From assembly GCA_964188305.1 (NCBI GenBank), contig OZ076886.1: a stretch of 64,000 nucleotides of DNA, one strand, 5' to 3'. Below the pieces are notes generated by a model that did not search any database, had not been told where the DNA came from, and saw only the letters and a program-made list of their open reading frames with translations. Both the position numbers and the translations under genes were made by a program. Source of the DNA: Podarcis bocagei. Its lineage: Eukaryota. Positions 51,879 to 61,190 of this stretch are shown piece after piece; within the stretch, counting starts at the first letter, position 1, and each line of letters starts with the position of its first letter.

Positions 51879-51968
51879 AAGGGGGTCGCAGAGGAGAAAG
51901 CCACGGGGAAAAGCATGTTGGGGTCAAGTGAGAAGAAAGTGAAGATCCTTGAGCACCAACGCAATGAG
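51879..51968 (+). CDS. TNIP1: TNIP1 exon 9 (KGVAEEKATGKSMLGSSEKKVKILEHQRNE)
   Basis: Matches human LGAAEKKVKMLEQQRSE. Tandem CAG-AAG acceptor, |gtaagc donor, 90 nt. Confidence 0.92.
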
Positions 51969-52371
51969 GTAAGCCGGACATCTGCCCCAAATGACCTAAG
52001 GCCAGAGGAGAGCTCAGCACATTTATTATTTTAAGTGTTGCATCTCCTGCCCCTTAATTGCACAGTTTCCTGAGGCAACTCACAACTGTAACCAGACGAA
52101 GTCACAATACTGCCCCAGCAAGCGGAGAACCCACAAACCACAAGGCAGGGCAGTGTCGGATCACGTTGAAAGTCAGAGCAAAGAGCAGTGCTTTCATTCC
52201 CACCCCCCAGGGAAGCCTGGGGAATGAACCAGGGAAGGGCATTCCAAAGGCAAGGCTCTCTAGGGAAGAGCCACAGAGGTGGATCATCTTGCAGGGTTCA
52301 AGCCCTGGCATCTCTAGGTAGGGCAAGGAGAGACCCCTGTCTGAAAGCATGGCGGACCAGTCAGTGTAGAC

Positions 52372-52502
52372 CAGGCATAGGCAAACTCGGCCCTCCAGAT
52401 GTTTTGGGACTACAACTCATCCCTAGCTAACAGGACCAGTGGTCAGGGATGATGGGAGTTGTAGTCCCAAAACAGCTGGAGGGCCGAGTTTGCCTATGCC
52501 TG
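52372..52502. mobile_element. Palindromic hAT (Charlie-type) MITE nested in a Squam3-type SINE; older relatives near 1210, 5900, 7500, 16800, 26390, 36430, 51365, 54430, 54715 and 56401-56533
   Basis: Near-perfect inverted arms of about 45 bp (CAGGCATAGGCAAACTCGGCCCTCCAG...CTGGAGGGCCGAGTTTGCCTATGCCTG). Perfect 8-bp TSD GTGTAGAC at 52364-52371 and 52503-52510. Confidence 0.92.
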
Positions 52503-53437
52503 GTGTAGACTATACTGAGCTCCATGAACCATTGGTCTGGCTTCCTACATTCTGCCACAACCCAAAAGGCCCTGTTGCCAGTTACTTGCCTTACTTGAGA
52601 AGATAGGGATAGCCTGATGAGGACCTCTGAAGACGGTCTTAAATGTCAGGCCAATTCATGTTGGGAATATACAGTGCTTCCCATATCTCCAGGAACCTGA
52701 CATCTGCCCCCCCTCCCACTTTCCTTGGAAACATCGAGATCTGATTCATACCCTCGACATATTGAGTGAGCTGCTGATCCGTAATTGTTTCCTGCTTGGC
52801 AGGGGGTTGGACTCAATGGCCCTTGTGGTCTCTTCCAACTCTATGATTCTATGGTGTCATGTGGCCTAAGCTGTGATCCCACAATGGTAGCCTGCATTAG
52901 CAGCAGGGTCGGGTGCCTTTTTTCTGTTCAGCCCAGGATTGTCTGCTGACAATGGCTCTCTGGGGTCTCCTGCTGAGATCTTCCCTTTTCACATTGCATC
53001 ACCTTTTTTAACTGGAGGTGCCAGGTGGGGTGGAGCTGCAACAGTAGCATCCTGGCAGCAGCATCACTGCCATGTGTCCAGAAGAGGTGGCTAGGTTGGG
53101 GCTGCATTGGTGCAGCAATGGAGCCAGTCCAGTGCCGCTGCTGCTCAGCTCCAAATCTACCACTGTCACTCCACTTCTCCTGCCTCCGATAAGCAGCAGC
53201 AGGTCTGCTGCTAGGCATTTATTGTTGCAGGAAAGCTGCTCCTGCTGTTCAAGAGAGGCCCAAGGTCAACCAGCTTTGGGTGCTATCAGGTTTGGCAATC
53301 TATGCAGAGCCTGAAGGAGGCTATTCCTGTAAGAGAGTTGCTAGACAGACTAGAAAGCGCTGGCAAGATAGTGCTTTGGCTACATCAGTAGGGAATTGAG
53401 ATTCTGTCCTTTGATAACTCTGTGCCTTTCCTTCTAG

Positions 53438-53503
53438 CTGCTGGAGGTAAATAAGCAGTGGGATCATCATTTCCGGTCCATGAAGCAGCAGTACGAGCAG
53501 AAG
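53438..53503 (+). CDS. TNIP1: TNIP1 exon 10 (LLEVNKQWDHHFRSMKQQYEQK)
   Basis: Near-invariant ABIN-homology segment. Boundaries ttctag| and |gtaata, 66 nt. Confidence 0.97.
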
Positions 53504-54262
53504 GTAATAGCAGGGTACCAAATGCCTTGCACAAATGAAGTTTTATAGGTGACAGTTATTTCACATAATACGACACCCAGAGAACTTTGCGTTTCTCTCA
53601 TATGCCTTGTCGGAGGGGAAGAATGTTAACAGGCATGTTGCTAGAGGGAAAGCTAGGGGTCTCTATGGCACTGACTTTTTCTCTCTGGCTTTAATGCTTT
53701 TTATGATAAATGTTTGTCTGCCATCTTACTGGCCTGCATCGATGCACCAAACTCAACATACGGTTAACTGCCAGAACAATCAGATTGTTGTCTGCCAACT
53801 CTTAATCTCATTACTTCGGTTAGCTTGGCTTGTGCTATATGCCAGATTTTATTTACCCATTCCTTACGTGTTGTGATCCTAGAACTTTTCCCATTTTTAG
53901 CTATAACAATCTGAGCAGCTGTTAATAAACCAAAGATCATTACCTATTGAGTGGGCATGTTTTCATGATAGATTTCCAGTTGAACTGGTTTTAATTCCAA
54001 TAAAAGTTCATAACCAGTTGTCCTCTCAATATCTCTTTTAATCTGACTTCAAAACATTGGAATACCAGGGCAAGGCCTCTAGAGGGTGTGTGTGTGTGTT
54101 TTGTCTGAGATGTCCCATTTTATCAGCATTTTTATTCTCATTGCTCTATAGTATTCTCATACAGTCAGACAAGAGATACTGCATATTTTTAAATGTTTGC
54201 AGTATTTCTAGCTGTGTTCTGCGGTTTGTTTCATGTTTCATGTCATCTTCCCCTCCTGGCAG

Positions 54263-54394
54263 ATAACAGATCTGCGGCAGAAGCTTGCTGACTCCCAGAA
54301 AGCCCTGGGGGAGCTGGAGGCAGAACGAGAGCAGAAGCAGAGGGATTTTGACCGTAAGCTCCTGCTGGCTAAATCCAAGATTGAAGAGGAGGAG
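54263..54394 (+). CDS. TNIP1: TNIP1 exon 11 (ITDLRQKLADSQK...DFDRKLLLAKSKIEEEE)
   Basis: Matches human ITELRQKLAD...EREQKQRDFDRKLLLAKSKIE. Boundaries tggcag| and |gtgagt, 132 nt. Confidence 0.97.
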
Positions 54395-55041
54395 GTGAGT
54401 CTGATAAGAGGTCCGACACTCCCTGGAAATGCATCAGCACCCACCATGGCCAATAGTCAGGGATGATGGGAGTTGTAGTCCCACTCACAAGTTCTGCATC
54501 CCTGTTATAAAAGATGAGACCAAAGATACTGAGCATGGGATACTGAGCCTGTCTAGTGTGAAGGTAGATGAGCTAGATAGTATATTTGACCAGAGAGGAT
54601 AGGACATGGGTTAGAGGGATGGACAGGCAATTTGAATTATGATGGCAAAGCTATAGCCACTTGCATTTGTTGAGATTTCAGCAGGCTACCCAGTTATAGA
54701 CAATTAGTCAGTGGCAGGTGTGGGGAACTTTTTGCCCTCCAGATGTTGCCGAACTACAACGCCCATAATCCCTTGGCCATTGACCATGCTTTCTGGGGCT
54801 GATGGGAGTTGTAGTACAGCAACACCTGGTCTGTGACAGTATGTTCTCAAGAAGGTAAAGGAATCTGCAAGGCAGGAGCCTGAAATTTATTTTTAAAATC
54901 TTCTCCCAATTCTCATTCATTTCATTTCATTTCCAGTTCTTCTACTTCTGGTTTTGAGGCAGGGAGGGAGGGTGGTAGAATGAGGATCTGTGGTCCTAAG
55001 GTATACGGCTGTCTTGACTTTTATGACTTTATCTTTCTCAG

Positions 55042-55170
55042 GCAGAAAAGGAGAGACTTGCCGGTGAGGTGAAAGACCTAAAACAGAGGGTGAAATTCCT
55101 TCAGGATCAGTTGGCTCCAGTCACCAGGCAAAGGGAGTACCAGGAGAAGGAGATTTTACGGCTTAATAAG
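55042..55170 (+). CDS. TNIP1: TNIP1 exon 12 (AEKERLAGEVKDLKQRVKFLQDQLAPVTRQREYQEKEILRLNK)
   Basis: Conserved LQDQL.P.TRQREYQEKEI.RLNK. Boundaries tctcag| and |gtgggc, 129 nt. Confidence 0.97.
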
Positions 55171-55356
55171 GTGGGCAATATACTTCTGCTTCTCTGTAGC
55201 CATGCCAGTTTTTCCTACCCCAGGTTATGAGCTTTCCTGGACAGTAAAATAGCCTTAAATCTCTTACAATATCTGCAAACATATTGTTTACTGATGCTAA
55301 GCTGCTGTGGAGAAAAGACCATTTTAACTGTCCTCTCTGTTCCTGACTCCTCTCAG

Positions 55357-55485
55357 GCCTTAGAAGAGGCCCTGAACGTTCAAGCCTCTGCTCCTTCCCC
55401 TTCGGCCTTCAACAGCCCCATTGAACCTGGAGCATCGGTCCGGCATCAGGAGGTGGTGACCCAGAATGAGCTCCTAAAGCAACAG
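55357..55485 (+). CDS. TNIP1: TNIP1 exon 13 (ALEEALNVQASAPSPSAFNSP...QEVVTQNELLKQQ), N-terminal part of UBAN
   Basis: Conserved ALEEAL and VTQNELLKQQ. Boundaries tctcag| and |gtatgg, 129 nt. Confidence 0.97.
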
Positions 55486-55599
55486 GTATGGCAGGCTTCC
55501 ATGAAACTAGGACTCCCCTTGGCTTGACACCATTTGTGAACACAAAAGTTATTTCCAGAAAACACAGTGTTCCTTTTGCCTCCTAAGCTTGTGCCTCTC

Positions 55600-55678
55600 A
55601 AGCTGGGGCAACCCAGTCAGATGGGCAGGGTACAATGTTGTTGTTGTTGTTGTTGTTGCTGCTGCTGCTGTTGTTGTT
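55600..55678 (+). repeat. L2 3' terminus with (GTT)n(GCT)n microsatellite tail
   Basis: gctggggcaacccagtcagatgggcagggtaca followed by the triplet array. Confidence 0.7.
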
Positions 55679-55819
55679 AACGTCTTTGAAGTTGGGCTCA
55701 AAACACGGTTGTGCCCATTGCCTTTTCCTGACATCAGTGTTGGGACACTTGGCGCTTGCCTTACATTGGGATTGTATCTCTGTGAACCAAGGACTTCACT
55801 GCCTCTTGTTCCCTGCCAG

Positions 55820-55945
55820 GTGAAGATTTTTGAGGAGGACTTTCAGCGGGAGCGGAGCGACAGAGAAAGGATGAACGAGGAGAAGGAGGAGCTGAAGCAG
55901 CAGCTGGATAAGCTTCAGAAGCAGTTGGTGCTCACCAACAGCCAG
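55820..55945 (+). CDS. TNIP1: TNIP1 exon 14, UBAN core (VKIFEEDFQRERSDRERMNEEKEELKQQLDKLQKQLVLTNSQ)
   Basis: Canonical UBAN DFxxER motif, with the ubiquitin-binding Asp codon at 55838-55840. Boundaries tgccag| and |gtagga, 126 nt. Confidence 0.98.
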
Positions 55946-57009
55946 GTAGGAACCCAGAAAGCACATTCTGGTTTCAAAAAGGAAGCTGTGCAATGAAGGG
56001 GATGACAATTAGGCCACTCTGAAATCCCAGTCTGCTGACTGATCCAGCTGCCCTGTGCTTTCCAAAATCCAAAAGACTGCTACATAGCCTTTCTATCCAC
56101 CATTAGTTTCATCTCCCATGTTCCCTCCCCCCACATCAGTGTCCTTTTTGGGCACTTCCACTTCTCTCTCCCCCCTGTCTTTATCAGCCTGCTTCCCGTT
56201 GCCTTCTCCTAGGCCTAGCCGTGATCTTCAGGGGATCTCTTCTATATCCTGCATTGCTGCACTAAGACTGTCCGCCTTCTCCCAGAGGGTAGCCAGGAGA
56301 ACAAAGAGGCAAAATCTCACAAAGCGAAGGCATCTTCTGGAAGTTCTTCAGAATCGGGATGCAGTTCACAAGCCACAGTTCAGTCACTTCACTCCTATAT
56401 CAGGGCTGGGGAACCTGTGGCCCTCCAGGTGTTGCTGAGCCACAGCACCCATCATCCCTACCCATTGATCATGCTGGCAGGGGCTGATGGGAGTCCAGCG
56501 GTGTCATGGAGAGCCACAGGTTCCCCATCCCTGCTCCACAGGTTGCTCACATCTGCTGCCTGTTTTATCCTTAAGGGAAAAGAGATAATTGTGTCATTTG
56601 TTTTGGAAGGAGAGGGGGAAGAGGCATACCAGTAAGCAAAGACAAGGTGTGTTCAAGTAAGATTGGGTAGTTGCTCCCTCAGCCAGAAGTGGTTCTTGCT
56701 GTCTAGCATGTCCGTCGAAATCTAGTATGGCCTCTTACTTCCCTCAGTCATGTGACCTCACTGGACCTTTGTAAGAGTAAGCTGGGGCAACCTCTCCTTA
56801 TATCCACGCAGAGGCTTAGAGCCAAAGAACTGTGTTATGTGCTGCCTTTTGTGCTTCACGAGGGCACCCAGATTTGGAGGGAGCTCAGCAGCTCTAGCAG
56901 ATTTGAGCAGAATGTTTGCATTTAATTTGCCTGGCCTCCTTCCCAACGTGCAGTTGACAGGGAATCCTTTAGCTCCCCGCTTACCTGTGGCCTTCTCTCT
57001 CCCTGCCAG

Positions 57010-57090
57010 ATGCAGATTTTTAAAGAGGACTATCGTAAAGAGAAGGAAGAGAAGGACAAGTTCAAGAAGCTGCTGAAGCAGCACAAACAG
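57010..57090 (+). CDS. TNIP1: TNIP1 exon 15 (MQIFKEDYRKEKEEKDKFKKLLKQHKQ)
   Basis: Strong pyrimidine tract plus ccctgccag|, donor CAG|GTACAG, 81 nt, phase 0-0. Occupies the position of the short charged exon that follows UBAN in human. Confidence 0.9.
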
Positions 57091-57182
57091 GTACAGAATG
57101 CCATGCTAGGAAAAGCACTGTGCTGAAAGATATGACTACTCAGGCAATACCAAATTTAGGTCACAGCCAGTTGAACTGCTAG

Positions 57183-58337
57183 GTGGACTGTTCAGAGGAG
57201 CTGGGAGCTGGGGGCACTGTTATACAGTGGTTCTACTCCTTTCTCCTGGGCTGTGTTCAGAAAGTGGTGTTGGGGGATGAGTGTTCAGACCCCTGGGCTC
57301 TCACTTGTGGGGTGCCTCAGGGTTCCGTCCTCTCCCCCATGCTTTTTAATATCTATATGAAGCCGCTAGAAGAGATCATTGGGGTTTGGGCTGGTGTTCA
57401 TCAGTATGCGGATAATACCCAGCTCTACCTCTCTTTTAAATTAGAACCAGTGCAGGCGGTGAATGTCCTGTGTGAGTGCCTGGAGGTGGTTGGAGGATGG
57501 ATGGTGGCTAACAGATTGTGGTTGAATCCTGAAAAGACAGAAGTACTGTTTTGGGGGGACAGGGGGCGGGCGGGTGTGGGGGACTCCCTGGTCTTGAATG
57601 GGGTAACTGTGCCCCTGAAGGACCAGGTGCGTAGCCTGGGAGTCATTTTGGACTCACAGGTGTCCATGGAGGCACAGGTTAATTCTGTGTCCAGGGCGGC
57701 TGTCTACCAGCTCCATCTGGTACGCAGGCTGAGACTCTACCTGCCCACAGACTGTCTCATCAGAGTGGTGCATGCTCTAGTTATCTCCCGCTTGAACTAC
57801 TGCAATTCGCTCTACGTGGGGCTACCTTTGAAGGTGACCCGGAAACTGCAATTAATCCAGAATGCGGCAGCTAGACTGGTGACTGGGAGTGGTCGCCGGG
57901 ACCATTTAACACCGGTCCTGAGAGATCTGCATTGGCTCCCAGTACGTTTCCGAGCACAATTCAAAGGGTTGATGCTGACCTTTAAAGTCCTAAATGGCCT
58001 CGGTCCTGTATACCTGAAGGAGCATCTCCACCCCCATTGTTCAGCCCGGACACTGAGATCCAGCGCCAAGGGCCTTCTGGCGGTTCCCTCATTGCAAGAA
58101 GTGAGGTTACAGGGAACCAGACAGAGGGCCTGTCAGTAGTTGTGCCCGCCCTGTGGAACACCCTCCCATCAGATGTCAAGGAAATATGCAGCTATCCTAT
58201 TTTTAAAAGACATATGAAGGCAGCCCTGTTTAGGGAAGTTTTTAATATTTAATGCTGAATTGTTTTTAACACTCGATTGGGAGCTGCCCAGAGTGGCTGG
58301 GGAAACTCAGCCAGATGGGCGGGGTATAAATAATAAA
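57183..58337 (+). mobile_element. 5'-truncated L2 LINE (RT domain and C-terminus), sense orientation in intron 15
   Basis: GVPQGSVLSPMLFNIYM, YADN (catalytic YADD mutated), LNPEKTE, SRLNYCNSL...LQLIQNAAARL and LHWLPV are L2-clade hallmarks. Frameshift near 58130. Confidence 0.95.
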
Positions 58338-58415
58338 TTCTTCTTCTTCTTCTTCTTCTTCTTCTTCTTCTTCTTCTTCTTCTTCTTCTTCTTCTTCTTC
58401 TTCTTCTTCTTCTTC
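58338..58415. repeat. (TTC)26 microsatellite forming the L2 tail
   Basis: Direct reading. Confidence 0.98.
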
Positions 58416-59028
58416 ACCCCACTTTGACATGTGGCTCAGATTCCAATCACTTGTATAATTTTTTGGTAGCTTCCTTAGGGCCAGTTCGTACTAGGGATCA
58501 ATGAATGAATCGGGTCACTTTTGCATGTGTTCACCTACAAGTCCATTCTGTCCCAAATTAATCTGAATAACCAACTTGGATGACCTAAAAAGAGAATTAG
58601 ACAAATTCATGGAGAGCAAAGCTTTCAGTGGCTACCAGCCACAATGGCTATGCTCTGCTTTCATGGTTGGAAGCAGTAATGTTTCCAGTTTCTGGGAACT
58701 GCCAGAGGGGAGACCGCTCTTGTGTTGGGGTCCTGCTCACTGGTTTCCAACAAGCATTGGGTTGGCCACTGTGAGAGCAGGATGCTGGACCAGATGGCCA
58801 AGTGGCCTCTTCTTATGATATTCTCTTTGCCATGACGCACCCATAAATTATTTCCATACATTGTGGATGTTTTCCAGTCAAATTGAACCCTAATTGGGCG
58901 AAAGGTGTGAAACTTCTAGCCCCAAACTGGATATTACCTATTTTTTTACATAATAATGTGTTTTTCTTTCAGGGAAAGCAACCAATTACCAATGCCATTG
59001 TGGCTGATAATTTTACCAGGGTCCTACG

Positions 59029-59103
59029 TCTCTCTCTCTCTCACACACACACACAGAGAGAGGGAGGGAGGGAGGGAGGGAGGGAGGAGGGGAGGGAGAG
59101 AGA
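59029..59103. repeat. Compound (CT)n(CA)n(GA)n(GGGA)n microsatellite
   Basis: Direct reading. Confidence 0.9.
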
Positions 59104-59562
59104 TCTATCTCTTTAATCCACCCCAGCTGGTAAGGACTGGTTCTGCCCCACAGACTATAGGGCATGATATCCCATTAAATTGACAGTGTCAAAGTTGTCT
59201 GTAGGTGGCTTTCTGTTTACCTATCCAGGGAGATCAAAACTGCTTCTACATGTAGATCCAGATTAGATCTGAGTCATTTTTCTCTTACTAGCCACTGCTT
59301 TTATTTAAAAGGTAACTCCTTTTTCTCAGCCTACGCTTACTTTTTCCTCCTGGCAACAGTGAGATCAAAATACAGTGAAGGGGGCATAGTGTTCCTTCAG
59401 TCAGCCCAGGATGAAATGTCCCTGGATGAAAAGTACAGGATAACCAAAAACAATAATGCTTCCTCCTATTGATGCCCAAATATTCCAGTAGTAAATCATT
59501 AGCCTTGTGTATGGCTTATCTGTGTTTGCATCATTCTCAGCCTCCTGCTTTCTCACTTACAG

Positions 59563-59760
59563 CATTCTGGTGACAGGCTTCATCCAGAGCCACAGCCAGG
59601 ACCGGGGGCCCCAGTCTGCCCCATGTACCAGTTCCAGTGCCCCACTCCAGTCCAGCCCCACATGTATCTTGGTTATGAGGAGTGGCAGCAGATCCGTTAC
59701 CCACCAGCGGCAATGCCAAATGAGCGTCCTCCGGTTCAGAACTACCACCGATTCCCTCCT
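59563..59760 (+). CDS. TNIP1: TNIP1 exon 16, proline-rich (HSGDRLHPEPQP...YEEWQQIRYPPAAMPNERPP...RFPP)
   Basis: Matches human SGERYHVEPHP...FEDWSQIRYPPPPM. Boundaries ttacag| and |gtgagt, 198 nt. Confidence 0.94.
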
Positions 59761-60240
59761 GTGAGTTAACTAAATCAGAAGGCATCAGGGCTGTGAAAAA
59801 GGGCAGCTGGGAACTGGAGGCTATAAGTATAAAGCCATCCATTGCCTCGTTAAAAAATAAATGAAGATCAGAGTCTCAGGATTGTGCCAGATTCTGTGCA
59901 AAACTCCAGGTGTAAGCGAATGCCCAGAACGAGCAGCTCTGCTTCTCCTGTTTTCCAAAATCTGAAATTGTTGGCTTTGCCTACCAGAATCTGTGCTCAA
60001 AATTTTGTTGCATGGCCTGATTCTTTCTTTAGTTATAGAATTCATATTAAGTTCTTCCTCTCGAAGGAATCCAGGGCATGTTCACCCCAGAATGAACGGT
60101 TCTGCTTAGCCTATTGCCAGTGCCTCCTCCTACTTGCACAGTGGGGCCATTCAGTTTGGAGAAGCAAAGTTTCCATTTTGAAGCACGCATTAGCTGTGTG
60201 CCATGTTTATGCTTGTTTATTTATGTCTTGCTCACTTTAG

Positions 60241-60331
60241 CCTGAATATACCTGGTATCCACCATGTGTTATTTCACAAAGTCAGAACGCACAAGCGCCA
60301 GATGGTGGGAAACAACTCCCCAAGGAATCAG
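60241..60331 (+). CDS. TNIP1: TNIP1 exon 17 (PEYTWYPPCVISQSQNAQAPDGGKQLPKES)
   Basis: Matches human PEYTWRLPC. Boundaries ctttag| and G|gtaaga, 91 nt, phase 0-1. Confidence 0.92.
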
Positions 60332-61146
60332 GTAAGAAAGAGCTTCAAACTTCTTTGGTGAAATTCCCGAGAGCTATTGTGAATGCTGCTTTTCCTCCTC
60401 TCCTCGAAGGGTCTTCTTATCTGCTATGATAACAGTTCAGAAACGTTTGGCTGCTCCACATGGTAGATCATTTCCATTGCATGGGGCGCCTTCATGCCAT
60501 CACTAGCACCTGACATAGGTGGCTTTGTGGTGACATGCCAATTTGCCACACAAAACTGGGGAGGTTCACTCTACGGCAGCCACACCCTGTGTGCTGTGAG
60601 GGCACTGTTTCAAGCTGCCTTCGCCTGCCTATCCTAACACACAAACGGGCCCTGAACAAATAGGAGGAAAGGAGGTGCAAATCTTTGCTTGAAGGTGCAA
60701 ATCTTTTTCATGCCTGAAAGGTCACATGAGTTTCTGATGTATGCAATTCACAGAGATCTAACTGGTCTTCAAGTTCATGGAAAACTTGCGCCTCAGTGTT
60801 TCAAGGAGCCAGAGGTGTGTGTCTTTGTGCCTCCCTAGCTCTCCCTTCACCTAGCCCTCAACATTTTGTAACTGTGCTGATGACCCGCCAAAAACTGGTG
60901 GCCCCTGTACTAAACCACAGTTTAGTGTGTTGTGCAGATGCGGCTGAAATATACTAAATGTCATCGGCCAGATTTTAAATATCCACCGGGCATTTGGCTA
61001 TGGAGTTCTCAGCAGTTGCTGTTGGTGAGGATTGGGATGGTGGATTCAGTTCAGCTCAAATCTCTGTGAGCTGAACATAATAGTATATTGTTGACCAAAG
61101 ACCTGTCTGCCACTTTTTGTAATATTTGTGTGTTTTTGTCTTTCAG

Positions 61147-61190
61147 ACCCTACAGGCCTTGGGTTACCTAAAAACCAAAGGCCCGCCTAA
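61147..61190 (+). CDS. TNIP1: TNIP1 terminal coding exon 18 (DPTGLGLPKNQRPA*)
   Basis: Strong acceptor tttttgtctttcag|. The phase-1 frame closes at TAA 61188-61190 and gives 626 aa, close to the vertebrate TNIP1 length. PKN resembles the human C-terminal SPKNDREGPQ. Confidence 0.8.

Noticed and set aside
57183-58139. 318-aa reverse transcriptase ORF as a functional or domesticated gene
   Set aside because: 5'-truncated L2 with no true ATG start, catalytic YADD changed to YADN, and a downstream frameshift.
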